Sequence record: OM456492.1
Reading direction: 5' to 3' (one strand)
DNA: 64,000 bases
The notes beneath the pieces were generated by a model, which worked only from the letters and a program-made list of their open reading frames with translations, was not told the origin of the DNA and searched no databases. The position numbers and the translations under genes are program-made. Shown here piece after piece: positions 20,501-29,691 of this stretch (positions are counted from its first letter, which is position 1; each line of letters begins with the position of its first letter).

Positions 20501-23500
20501 GAAAATCCAAGCACTGACCCAAGGTCTGGCCAGTAAGATTGGCTTGGGCTTTAATAAGGTGGCTAAGCTACCGAAACGGTTCCTGGATTTCCTGTCGCCA
20601 AAAGCGGGCAGCATCGTTGGTAAGATTAAGGACTGGCTGAACGAGATTCCGGAAGGCGAAGAAAAGACACGTCTCCAGAAAGCGTTCAACCGCGTAACGA
20701 GCTTACCGGGTAAAGTGCTCGGTTTTGCGAAACGTGGTGTCGACCGTCTGAAAGACATGATTACCGACAACCCACTGACGCGTTGGTGGAAAGGCCGTAA
20801 AGATGGTGGGGGAGGTGGTTTCAGTCTCTTCTCATCGACCGGCAAGAAAACCAACCACATCCTTATCCGTATCTATAAACTGTTGAACCAACGTTTACCG
20901 GGCGAACCGGAAGACGAAAGTTGGACAGAAGAAATGGAGAAGGGTGTCGGTGGCGGTGGTAGTACGATCGGCCGTGCAGTTCGCGGGGCGTATAATCGTG
21001 CGAAATCGTCGTTGTCTGAACGTTTTGGTGGACGTTGGTCAAGAACAAAAGCGTTCTTTGGTCGTGGACGTGACCGCCTGCGTGGTTGGTTCAGTGGTTT
21101 CCGAGGCCGGGCTGGGGATATGCTCGATGGATATCGTGGAGCACGACACGACATTGCTACACGTTACGAAGTTGAACGTCGGTTGGCTGGACGCGATGAC
21201 GATGTTGCTGAGTTTTATCGCAGCCATTTGAACGCGAAAGGTGGCCTTTCTGGCCGTAAAGTCTACGGTGATGCGAAGGAAGACCTTGAGACCGCCCGTG
21301 ATGCGGCAGGGAGGGTTATTAACAAAGGGAAGAATGCTGCCAAGTCTGCAGGTGCAAGGTTATTCGAACGCTTGGACCGAATGATTGGCTTGCAAGAGAT
21401 GTCGTGGTTTAACACCATGCGCGAATCAGTATCCCGTGCAGGTGGTGACGACGGCATTATTCGTACCATGTTTGCGAAGTTCGGTAAACGTAACAAGCCG
21501 CCTGAAGGTGATGAAAAACGCGACTACTTTAACTTCTTCAAACGTTGGCGTGAGAAACGTAAGGAGAAGAAAGAGAAAGCGCAGGGCTCCAAAGGGAAAT
21601 CTGGCGGTCTGTGGGATATGGTGAAAGGCTTACCTATCATCGGTCCCATCGTCAGTATCTTGGGAACTGTGGGTAATATACTCGGTTCTATCACGAAATG
21701 GGGCGTGTTAAAACCAGTAGGTCTTTTAGGTAAGGCTGCGTGGAATGTTGGTAAGTTCGCAGTAACCCGTTTGGCAGCACCCGCGGTGTCCGCTGTGGCA
21801 ACTGCGGCATCTGCCGTCGTGACCGCAGTGGGTTGGCCGGCAATTCTCATCGGTGGTGCGATCGCTGCGGCTGGTTACGCTGCGTACAAGATCGCAACGA
21901 CTACCTATACCCAGTACCTGGATAAGATGCGTTTAGCTCAGTACGGTTTCCGTGATTACGATAAGTGGTCGTCGGACGACGGGGCGAAGGCGCGTTACTT
22001 AGAAGACGCATTGCGTGAGTATGTGTCTTACGCGGAAGATGGCCAAGCCAGTCTCCGCGGGCTAAGTGGAAAAGACGTTCAGAAGTTAGCTGAAGGGTTC
22101 GGTATTAACGTTGAGGAAAAAGGCGAGATGTTGGCCTTCCAAGCGTTTATGCTTCAGCGCTTCATTCCGATTTATCTCCGTTGGATTACGGCACTGAAAT
22201 CAATGCCGAATAGTATCCAGTTGGCTGACGTCGGCGATGCGAAGAAAGTATCGAAAGAGGACATGCAGACACTCTTCAACAAAATGAAGATGACTAAGGA
22301 TGCAAAAGCGTTCTCTTCGTTAACAGACCCACGCAAAGTCAACCAAGGTTTCTTCTCGAAAGCTTGGGACGTTGTAACCTTTACACCGAAGGAGTTCTTG
22401 AGCGGTGAAGAGGTTATGGAAGTGCAGAATGAAGTCGAGCGTGCAATCAAGTTCAGAATGGACGATAAGAAAGCACGTAAGTACGGAATGGCACCGGCCG
22501 TGGAGGGGATTAAATCCGCTGGCGTTGATGAAGCTATCAACAAACTCGGACAGCTGGATAACGAACGTAACAAAAATCTGGCGAAGGTAGAAGGTTGGGA
22601 AGACGGAACAGAGCAGGTTCAGATTCAGGTAGACTGGAATGCGGTGCTCGACCAGAAAGACATGAATGCGATGGAGTCGGTACGTTGGAAGACTTATGGT
22701 TTTACCACCATCGACAACGCCACACGCACGTTGATTACGGTATTCGAGAAGAACGTCATTAAGGACATTGACGTGAAAACCGCGAGCTATAAAGGCGATT
22801 GGAAGAAAGCAATCGCTTCGATGGTTCCAGACGCTATCGGTACACCGAAAGAAGATCGATTGAAACGGTGGTTCTTTGACCGTTTCTTACCGGTATTCAT
22901 GACGTATTTGGTTGGGGTGAAGCGTTACCTGCCAACAGCCGATCCGCTGAACTTGAAGCTGACAGGTGGTTACCTGTACGAAATCAGCTTGATGATGTCA
23001 ACAGCCTACAGCTTGAAAGGCGGTATAAGACAGTCGGTGTGGGAAGTGAATATCAACCCATTAGGGGGTGAGGCTAACACGAACCCATCGTCCATCAAAG
23101 CCGAACTGGAAACGCTGAAGCTGCTGTCAAAAGAAGCTGACCTTGCCGTGCGTAACATGATCAAAGCCATTAAAAATAATGGCAAGCGTGCACGCTGGAA
23201 GGATCGTAACAAGAACCGCAGTTCTCTGGAGGTCACCGGTGAAGATGATGAGGACTCGAACATCAGTTCGGGAGATTCTTTGTCATCCGACGGTGCTCGC
23301 GCCTCAGGTTATATCCCAACGGGTACAAGCGGTGGCGTACCGGGTAACTTAGGCCAAGTCGTCGATGCGGTTGGTGGTGTGCGGAACTACGCCGCAATGA
23401 CCACGGGTTCGTCTTCGATTAACCTGAGTGATGTGAAAGACGGTGATTATAAGTCACTGGCTGAAAAATACCCGATAGAAATGTTGGGTAGAAAGGGTGC

Positions 23501-24698
23501 GTTGAACGTTCCAAATATCAAAGCATTGATTACCGATGCAGCGAACATGATGGGCGTGCCACCTGCAGTGGCGTTAGCAATGGCTAAGGCGGAGTCTGGA
23601 TTTAACTACACCGCTAAAAACCCGTATGCTTCGGCGTCTGGGTTGTTCCAGTTTGTTAACGGTACGTGGGACGGGATGATGAAGGGGTATTCGCGGAAGT
23701 TCGGTATTCCGCGTGTTAACCAGATGGACCCGTGGGCGAATGCTATATTGGGTGTACAGTTCATTCGTGACAACATCCAACAAGCACAACGTGACCTGGG
23801 TGGTAAAGCACCACCTCCAGCCGTGGCTTATCTGTATCACTTCCTGGGTGCAGGCGGCGGTAAGAAATTCCTGGAAGCATGGAAGCGTAATCCGAATATG
23901 GCGGCATCAAGTGCTCCTGGGATTACATCTGCAATACTGAGAGGGAATGCCAACGTCTTCTACAGCAACGGTCGTATACGTAGCGTGGATGGGGTTATTC
24001 AGGAACTGAACCGCCGTATGGGCGCAATTTCCGCCAACGAAGTCGCTGCCGATCCGAGCAAGACGATGGATATGGTTGCAGGATTGTCGCCTAATTCACC
24101 AACCAACCCGGCAGCAGCAATGGGTGCACCGGCCGCTAATGACCCGAGTCTGTCGCCAGCAGATAACCTGCCAGCAGATAATGCTAATCGTCGTGATGAC
24201 GCATTAACGCAGAAAGGGGCCATGGCGGCACAAGATGCAATGGCTACCGCCGCAGGTAATGTAGGACCAGCAGCACCTACACCAACTACAGGTGGTACCG
24301 GAACATCCGATGCCTCAACAACGGCCGAAACCGTAGCGTCGCAAGCTGCAGCAGAAGGATTGTCTGCGACGGATGTTGCTAAAGTGAAAGCAGGCGCGGA
24401 AGCGCAGGTTAACGCAGCAGCACGTCCAGTTGCCGCTCCAACTTCTGATGCTACAGCATCGACGCCGACGCTGAATGGTGACCCGATAGATGTTCAGCAG
24501 CTCAAGGTACTGATTCAGTCTCGCGATTACTTGAAAGAGATTCGTGATATTTTGAAATCAAATCCAAGAGCGGCAAACGACACGCGTGGTGGTAGTATCC
24601 AGCAAGCGGCAAATGTGCCTCCTCCGGGCTCAGCTGCACGTAGGCAGGAAATAACCCAACCGACACCGTCGTTAAACGTAAGTCGGAAAGCAAGCTAA
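17577..24698 (+). CDS. Tape measure protein with C-terminal lytic transglycosylase (phiKZ gp181-like)
   Basis: 2373 aa with Gly/Lys/Arg-rich tracts and a hydrophobic segment. SLT motif AMAKAESGFN...ASGLFQF lies near the C-terminus. Confidence 0.88.
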   Translation: MAKRGKDGFDDIDLDRLDDWDDFGEPPRPKDEKKRSPILSTLNVARKSALSTIWPEGKRDQVILKGMPKPAADAYEGYQSAAAAAKDIYAHTKGELEKTERTLKMQARQLGPTMKKYLPDAVTKRFDKWSKSDQLDYQNYDPNQALMDRELGDVFSGVPKDAEEQRQLQDSMVEDKLRDSIKEMRADAMHQTMIGMAKDINLLTGLSRGVFLNIERKKLELQYRTLFAIQDIVKMKQSEFDRNTPALEAIVKNTALPDYAKEDFSEVRWANVKRQAAEWMNPLRYADGFMDMIRENTKKKISGIFGEGRGLLESVLGMGVEDDFGMSDSSSLTAERRKTNARDKATAWGSGFLAKKLLGPQIEKLQKWTREEMEKNPEVMKRLQKGAFTFGNLSSISNSAIAGETQGPLADLFRVLNELGIVQPLNREKAFLDERNGETLSRSAKFDRKAYLSLVEVIPAWLAEINKSVRRGYGEHADLEYDITSRGFVDRKVVGNRVRKAVANDEQRLRLQNSINSTVDFVDRGKTLSQKDRQHLADYIESRASQGRAFDVEAILKDPMHLHRYMPGSSAERIKEVLQGHSDSLTGGSNELSNELARKISTVQSSITQRQAVIDEAVNIYGERALRDAGIFNYDAKSDTFGVDKDLSDPYTLFNDLAMGKTRSGRALTRDQEIQRKLQNGSALGDYLRRMNQGANGGVDDTSLPPALRGGGKGRGMSPRQLAAVLYGETSTNFVELLSQRNRGEEAPRNNFDGIIEAIRGNNNSDTLQKILEHVRSMDEEGVLLASLAGGAGSGDEEMGPPRPGGGSGGGKRRRIIIGEDGLIRRWGGVLFDTAAGIGGFAKRGVKGAWNKLNQFGGWARGKIAGMGGGEGPGFLTRMRGLISGSVRGGFEAVSSFGKGLLGIRDVYDDHGNVVLQGARLEAGEYYQVIDGKMVQLKTLDDIKLGSDIVDSAGNLILAAADLAAAGKLRYYKGGKIQALTQGLASKIGLGFNKVAKLPKRFLDFLSPKAGSIVGKIKDWLNEIPEGEEKTRLQKAFNRVTSLPGKVLGFAKRGVDRLKDMITDNPLTRWWKGRKDGGGGGFSLFSSTGKKTNHILIRIYKLLNQRLPGEPEDESWTEEMEKGVGGGGSTIGRAVRGAYNRAKSSLSERFGGRWSRTKAFFGRGRDRLRGWFSGFRGRAGDMLDGYRGARHDIATRYEVERRLAGRDDDVAEFYRSHLNAKGGLSGRKVYGDAKEDLETARDAAGRVINKGKNAAKSAGARLFERLDRMIGLQEMSWFNTMRESVSRAGGDDGIIRTMFAKFGKRNKPPEGDEKRDYFNFFKRWREKRKEKKEKAQGSKGKSGGLWDMVKGLPIIGPIVSILGTVGNILGSITKWGVLKPVGLLGKAAWNVGKFAVTRLAAPAVSAVATAASAVVTAVGWPAILIGGAIAAAGYAAYKIATTTYTQYLDKMRLAQYGFRDYDKWSSDDGAKARYLEDALREYVSYAEDGQASLRGLSGKDVQKLAEGFGINVEEKGEMLAFQAFMLQRFIPIYLRWITALKSMPNSIQLADVGDAKKVSKEDMQTLFNKMKMTKDAKAFSSLTDPRKVNQGFFSKAWDVVTFTPKEFLSGEEVMEVQNEVERAIKFRMDDKKARKYGMAPAVEGIKSAGVDEAINKLGQLDNERNKNLAKVEGWEDGTEQVQIQVDWNAVLDQKDMNAMESVRWKTYGFTTIDNATRTLITVFEKNVIKDIDVKTASYKGDWKKAIASMVPDAIGTPKEDRLKRWFFDRFLPVFMTYLVGVKRYLPTADPLNLKLTGGYLYEISLMMSTAYSLKGGIRQSVWEVNINPLGGEANTNPSSIKAELETLKLLSKEADLAVRNMIKAIKNNGKRARWKDRNKNRSSLEVTGEDDEDSNISSGDSLSSDGARASGYIPTGTSGGVPGNLGQVVDAVGGVRNYAAMTTGSSSINLSDVKDGDYKSLAEKYPIEMLGRKGALNVPNIKALITDAANMMGVPPAVALAMAKAESGFNYTAKNPYASASGLFQFVNGTWDGMMKGYSRKFGIPRVNQMDPWANAILGVQFIRDNIQQAQRDLGGKAPPPAVAYLYHFLGAGGGKKFLEAWKRNPNMAASSAPGITSAILRGNANVFYSNGRIRSVDGVIQELNRRMGAISANEVAADPSKTMDMVAGLSPNSPTNPAAAMGAPAANDPSLSPADNLPADNANRRDDALTQKGAMAAQDAMATAAGNVGPAAPTPTTGGTGTSDASTTAETVASQAAAEGLSATDVAKVKAGAEAQVNAAARPVAAPTSDATASTPTLNGDPIDVQQLKVLIQSRDYLKEIRDILKSNPRAANDTRGGSIQQAANVPPPGSAARRQEITQPTPSLNVSRKAS

Positions 24699-24746
24699 TC
24701 GTAGGGGGTGGTAACACCCCCTAATCATCTTACAGAGAGGTTTTAC

Positions 24747-26969
24747 GTGGAAGCAAGACAACTAAAAGATTCAGGATGGGTAACCGGCCTGTTTGGCGGT
24801 ACAACCGCACAGCGCGATGAGCGCTTCCTGGGTTTGCGTCGTTACTCTAACGCGATGCTCTCGTTTGAAGATACCACGATGGGTGGTTCGCAAGCGTTAA
24901 ATGCGCCGCCGCAGTTTACGATGTTTGCTGATCCGAGTTCAACAGGTGCTTTTGCACAACCTGATGCAGGTCGTGGCTCGTACTCAAAGTACGTTAAAGG
25001 CCAAGACCAACGTGGTTCCTATCGTTTAGGGACTTTCTACTACGAAGCTATTAACCAAAACAGTTTTTATCTTCATTGTCGTTTCGGTAAACCTCGATAT
25101 ATCGGGGTCGCTGCATTCTTCGCGAATATGTACGATTCCAACCTAGCGTATCTGGCACGCACAGGTGACTACCCAGGTATGTTACGCGCGATGGGGACGT
25201 ATGTTGCCGCCGCAGCAATATGGGCCGCAGTAGGTACGGTTGCTTTTGCGGTTATTCTGATTACGCCACGTATGTTGAAGATGGTGCTGAATAAGCAGAC
25301 TTCTCGCTACTACTACGTGAAACCGACAATGCACTTGTATCTGCGCGCTGTGCAGAATATGGTCAACACACAGTTAGTTTATCGCCGATTGGTACCAACG
25401 GGTGTGTTAGGGACTTTCCAGCTTGCTAATGCTGTAGATGGGTCTGAGAAAGGCGGTACCGCCAATAAATACAACGGTGACCGCAAAGAGTGGTACTCGA
25501 TGCTGCCGGAAATCTGGACAGCTGACGGTGAGTTCGATATCTATCGAATGATTAACCGCTACCAAACATTAGCCAACTACCAGGCGAAAACCATCGATAA
25601 AATTCGTAAAGAGTCGAGCAACGAAGAGGACATGGCTCGTCGTTTGCGAAACTTCTATCTGGAAGCGACGTACTCAACAACCCATTTGGAGAAAGCTGCG
25701 CAGTACGAGGTTTCTTTACGTAACCTTGAATACGTAGCCAAAGCTGGTAAAGGGTACGATGCCGGTTTTGAAAACGTCGATAACAAAGAAGACGAACTGG
25801 TAGCAGGGATGAATGGAAGCTTTCAGGATGCTCAGTCACAAGGAGGTAAAGCTGAAAACTTCGAAAACGAAGGTGATGTGCAACGTAAAGAGCTTGCCGA
25901 TCGCATGGCGCAGGTTGAAAAGAACCAGGCTCAAGTTGCCAAGAGTCAGACTGAGGCAAACTCGATGGACGAGAACAATCTCGACATTGGGAAAATTGAA
26001 AACTGGATGGACCAAGGCCAGAAAGAATCTGTCGGTAGCGTCTTTAAAGACTATATCGATATTTTAGATGGTGCTATGGATGGCCTAACTTCGAACATCG
26101 CTTCGGAGATACGTAATGGTTCGCAATGGATTACTTGGCGTGTTGATGGGCGTGACACCGTAGGGCGTTCGTTCTCCAACACCACCAAAGAACCTGAAAT
26201 CTCTGGCACGGTTAACTCCGCCACGCAGAAAGCACGTTCTTTGGAAGTAAACCTCTCCGGTGGTAAGACTGGTTTCGACGCAGTCGATGGTCTCATTACT
26301 GGGTTGAAGTCCGCCTTTACAGGCGCACTCGATTTCTTGCATTTATCAGGGATTATGTCACTGTACAACTCGTCGGTGATTGACTTCCCGGAAGTGTGGG
26401 ACTCCTCAGACACCTCAGGTGACGATATCTCGCTAAGTATTCCCCTTCGTTGTTGGTCGGGTAACGACTTAGATGTGTTTCAGGATCTGATTGTCCCGTT
26501 GTCGTTCTGGTTAGCGGCAGTTTGTCCGCTAGCAACCGGTAAACAATCGTTTACACACCCGTTCTATCTGGAATGTTATTCTCGCGGTCGTTATTCCATG
26601 CGTAATGCCATGGTAACTAACCTGAGTCTCCAGTTCGGTACAGGTGGTTTAGGTTGGCGTGCGGACGGTCTGCCGTTGTCGTGTGATATACAGGTAACTA
26701 TTCGTGACCTGTCGCGCGTCATGTACATGCCGATTGTAACTGATATTGGTGTGTTTGATGATGATAACAAGTTCAGTGAATTTATGTCTGTGTTGGGCGC
26801 TGCCACGCTTTACGAGCGTACCAACGGTATCGCGCAGGCTAAAATCAATGCGTCTATCTGGGCGCAGAACTGGGCAAGTGCCTGGTCGCAGGGTAGCATC
26901 GTCAACGCCGCCTTAGATATCATACCGGCCCGACAAATCGCGAACATTTTCCTACCACAAGCGCGTTAA
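24747..26969 (+). CDS. Tail/baseplate structural protein (phiKZ gp182-like)
   Basis: Follows the tape measure. GTG start chosen after an AGAGG RBS (track start 24708). C-terminal beta-rich CDIQVTIRDL motif. Confidence 0.65.
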   Translation: MEARQLKDSGWVTGLFGGTTAQRDERFLGLRRYSNAMLSFEDTTMGGSQALNAPPQFTMFADPSSTGAFAQPDAGRGSYSKYVKGQDQRGSYRLGTFYYEAINQNSFYLHCRFGKPRYIGVAAFFANMYDSNLAYLARTGDYPGMLRAMGTYVAAAAIWAAVGTVAFAVILITPRMLKMVLNKQTSRYYYVKPTMHLYLRAVQNMVNTQLVYRRLVPTGVLGTFQLANAVDGSEKGGTANKYNGDRKEWYSMLPEIWTADGEFDIYRMINRYQTLANYQAKTIDKIRKESSNEEDMARRLRNFYLEATYSTTHLEKAAQYEVSLRNLEYVAKAGKGYDAGFENVDNKEDELVAGMNGSFQDAQSQGGKAENFENEGDVQRKELADRMAQVEKNQAQVAKSQTEANSMDENNLDIGKIENWMDQGQKESVGSVFKDYIDILDGAMDGLTSNIASEIRNGSQWITWRVDGRDTVGRSFSNTTKEPEISGTVNSATQKARSLEVNLSGGKTGFDAVDGLITGLKSAFTGALDFLHLSGIMSLYNSSVIDFPEVWDSSDTSGDDISLSIPLRCWSGNDLDVFQDLIVPLSFWLAAVCPLATGKQSFTHPFYLECYSRGRYSMRNAMVTNLSLQFGTGGLGWRADGLPLSCDIQVTIRDLSRVMYMPIVTDIGVFDDDNKFSEFMSVLGAATLYERTNGIAQAKINASIWAQNWASAWSQGSIVNAALDIIPARQIANIFLPQAR

Positions 26970-26991
26970 TATACCATAGAGGTAGTGCGTT

Positions 26992-27543
26992 ATGAGTTTA
27001 TTTGGAAAGACCGCAAAAGAGCTGGTTTACGATCTCATCGTGTCTCAGAATCCTGGACTGACTGGTAAGGGCGTGACCATCGATAAATTGTCGTTCGGTA
27101 ACCCGGCACACATCACCGCAGCCGATCCTGACCCAGAGCAATACACCAGACTGAACACCAACCTTGATGTTTCTGGTATCATTGAGAAGGGTACGTTCGG
27201 TAAGATGGGTCTTACTTATCGACGATTGGACGTAGCACATTTGTTTGAGAACGTCGTGTTGTCTGTCGATGGCACCGGCGTGTCGACCGCTGCCGATCTT
27301 GTTCCCTTGCTGCGAACCAAATACAATTGGTTAATCGACGCAACCGAGATTTACGCGACAGAATCAATGACTTCCCCCACGAAACACAATCTGCGTTTCA
27401 ATGGAAAGTCGCTGGCGTGGACAGGTACGGTTGAGGTTTATTTGACCGAAGTTCCGAGCGATGGTGTCGATATCAGTAAACTGATTACCGTTACTGAGTT
27501 GAACGGTTTGGTTTATGACGTTTCCGACATGGCTCAAGCGTAA
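26992..27543 (+). CDS. Virion structural protein (baseplate/fibre-attachment type module)
   Basis: 183 aa with GAGG RBS. LTYRRLDVAHLF and SLAWTGTV motifs are typical of jumbo-phage virion modules. Confidence 0.6.
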   Translation: MSLFGKTAKELVYDLIVSQNPGLTGKGVTIDKLSFGNPAHITAADPDPEQYTRLNTNLDVSGIIEKGTFGKMGLTYRRLDVAHLFENVVLSVDGTGVSTAADLVPLLRTKYNWLIDATEIYATESMTSPTKHNLRFNGKSLAWTGTVEVYLTEVPSDGVDISKLITVTELNGLVYDVSDMAQA

Positions 27544-27600
27544 CAAAAAAATAAGTAATGCGAGTACCCCTAACGGGGTACTCGTTTGCTTTTATTTTTA
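27543..27600. terminator. Bidirectional intrinsic terminator
   Basis: CGAGTACCCC-taac-GGGGTACTCG with flanking A and T runs between convergent genes. Confidence 0.85.
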
Positions 27601-28020
27601 GCGTTCGATAATCACTTTTACGATATCTTCTACCGGAGGGTAATACCACAACACCACACTGTTTCGTCCCAAGTCTTTTGGAAACGTTTGACAGTACGCA
27701 ATGTCGGTGCCGAAGCGTTCAGAGAGCTTTAAAACGTTCTCTGGGAACTGACAACCGCCACGCCAATCGCGCGTATAGAGTACCTGCTGTAATAACATCA
27801 CATTAGCATCGAAGAAGTACAAATTTTCTACCGGCGCAATGTGAGGTACCGGAATTGGTGTGTCGGTAAGTACGAACTCCAAACCACCGCATTGTTCTGA
27901 ACGCTCCGCTAGGAATTTCAGATGCCATGGCATTAGACCGTGGTCTTCCCAGACGATATTGTTGACCAGTAAACGATCAGCGTATTCGTCGTAATCAACC
28001 GTGAACAGTTTCTTCGCCAT
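27598..28020 (-). CDS. Hypothetical protein
   Basis: Start set at MAKKLF after a GAGG RBS. Overlaps the end of the MazG-like gene. Confidence 0.65.
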   Translation of the reverse strand: MAKKLFTVDYDEYADRLLVNNIVWEDHGLMPWHLKFLAERSEQCGGLEFVLTDTPIPVPHIAPVENLYFFDANVMLLQQVLYTRDWRGGCQFPENVLKLSERFGTDIAYCQTFPKDLGRNSVVLWYYPPVEDIVKVIIER

Positions 28021-28936
28021 CGGTAAACGCCTCATCTTTTACAGTAAGGGAACCGTTTACTTCGATTTCAGCAGCAGTCATGTCTGCTTCTTTAACGAAG
28101 ATACCGTCCGCGTTCAGGAAACCCTTACGGTCTTTGATTTCATCCCATGCCAGAGAGAAGCACTGTTCCAGAGTCATATCGTACGCATTAGCCAGCGCAT
28201 TGGCGTATTCGACCATCTGAGCGAAGTGACATTCGATCATTACCGCGTCGCTGTTTTCGAAGTGTTTATATTCGAGTTGCTTAGCTGAGTCGATGCCTGC
28301 CTGATCCCAGATATAATCAACCGCACAAGTAAGATGGAAACGCATTTTGTGGAACAGGTAATGACTGTTCCCGGCGTGTGGTTTCTTTGAACGTGCGTCG
28401 TTGACGTATGTGGTGATATCGGTTGAGTCAAACTTAATGAGTTCCATCAAGTTAACCAACACGACCAGAGCATCACCGATACCGTCCATGATGTAACGAC
28501 GTTTGTTTTTACTGATACCGGTTGCCGCTTCACCGTCTTCTTCGTAGAGTTTGGTGGCTTGGCTATACCAGACGCCGTTATCCAGAATACCACGCGCTTT
28601 AGACCAACCCATAACGTTAGTAATACATTGTGGGATGGTGTACAAAGGTACGTAACGCGGACGATCAACCGTACCACGATACTCGACACCTTCCAACGTC
28701 CACGGCATTTCGAAATCATTTATTTCCAAACTCTGGTCGCCTGTGAAGACTTTACCTTCGACGTAAGTGTGACCGGTTTCACTGTTCACGCACAGGGTGT
28801 ACAGTTTCTCAAAGGACCACGGTTCAACAAACTGACGTTGGCAGAATCCAGCCAGAAGCTCATTAATCTGTGCCAGGTACTGGTTAGGTTCAACAATAAC
28901 GTTATACGGAATCTGGATAATGAAACGGTCGCCCAT
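27995..28936 (-). CDS. MazG-like nucleotide pyrophosphohydrolase with extra N-terminal domain
   Basis: W..ARG...Q..KLYEEDGEAA...IMDGIGDALVVL and C..LAWDEIKDRKG match the phage MazG-like family. Confidence 0.85.
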   Translation of the reverse strand: MGDRFIIQIPYNVIVEPNQYLAQINELLAGFCQRQFVEPWSFEKLYTLCVNSETGHTYVEGKVFTGDQSLEINDFEMPWTLEGVEYRGTVDRPRYVPLYTIPQCITNVMGWSKARGILDNGVWYSQATKLYEEDGEAATGISKNKRRYIMDGIGDALVVLVNLMELIKFDSTDITTYVNDARSKKPHAGNSHYLFHKMRFHLTCAVDYIWDQAGIDSAKQLEYKHFENSDAVMIECHFAQMVEYANALANAYDMTLEQCFSLAWDEIKDRKGFLNADGIFVKEADMTAAEIEVNGSLTVKDEAFTDGEETVHG

Positions 28937-28951
28937 TTTGATAGCTCCTTA

Positions 28952-28991
28952 AACAAAAAAAATAAGTAGGGTGTCCATATGGACACCCTAA
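28952..28991 (-). terminator. Intrinsic terminator
   Basis: TAGGGTGTCC-atat-GGACACCCTA plus a T-run on the minus strand. Confidence 0.8.
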
Positions 28992-28999
28992 TACGTATT

Positions 29000-29188
29000 T
29001 TAAATCTTGCACGCACCACCGGTGCAGTTGTCGTCGTCTTTCGACGGGTCAACGCCACCTTCCACACCTGCGTCCGGGTCAAGTCCAGGGATAACCATCT
29101 CGTCATCCGGAGACATGTTTACATCCACACCTAACCCATCACGATACATGAACGTTGTGGCTTGCCCACGACCGAGTTCTCCAGCCAT
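29000..29188 (-). CDS. Small protein resembling the class Ia RNR alpha-subunit C-terminal redox tail
   Basis: 62 aa with AGAGG RBS and its own terminator. Ends DPSKDDDNCTGGACKI, versus the recalled E. coli NrdA end VPSIQDDGCESGACKI. Confidence 0.75.
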   Translation of the reverse strand: MAGELGRGQATTFMYRDGLGVDVNMSPDDEMVIPGLDPDAGVEGGVDPSKDDDNCTGGACKI

Positions 29189-29200
29189 ATTTTCCTCTAC

Positions 29201-29680
29201 TTAATTAATCAGGTGTATCACAACGTCTGGCGTTACTACGTCGACCAGACTGCGATAGATTTTATCGTAACTGAACTTGTTGAAGAAGAAACCCGCTTCG
29301 TCGACAATAACCAAGCCGAATTTCTCGTAGCCGGATATACCAGCACCCGTCGCGTGTTTCCAACCCTCAGGCAAGTAGTTACAGTGCACGGTCAGCCAAC
29401 CGTTCCCAGCGGCTTTTTCATGGAATTTCTCCACCACTTCGCTCCGTAACGCTTCGTTGTGAACCAGATACAGAACGCTGCCGTGGAACTTTGCTGACAT
29501 ATCAACAGCGTGTGTTGTAACGCCTTTCTGACGACCAGCACCATAGCGGATAGTGCGGAACTCGCTCAGTGCAATATGCGGTAAAAAGCCACAGCTACGG
29601 GCTTCATCGGAGTCCAGTTCGATAAGACCTTTGGACAGTTCTTTTACTACGGCACGATAATCGATCCGAGTTATAGACAT
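29201..29680 (-). CDS. Degenerate P-loop NTPase-like protein
   Basis: GAGRQKGVTT (Walker A-like, Lys replaced by Val) and LVIVDEAGFF (Walker B). Confidence 0.5.
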   Translation of the reverse strand: MSITRIDYRAVVKELSKGLIELDSDEARSCGFLPHIALSEFRTIRYGAGRQKGVTTHAVDMSAKFHGSVLYLVHNEALRSEVVEKFHEKAAGNGWLTVHCNYLPEGWKHATGAGISGYEKFGLVIVDEAGFFFNKFSYDKIYRSLVDVVTPDVVIHLIN

Positions 29681-29691
29681 CTGTTTTCACC

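Noticed and set aside
27541-28970. Repeated ACAAAAAAATAAGTA at 27543 and about 28953
   Set aside because: These are similar U-tract tails of terminators, not a mobile-element end or an array.
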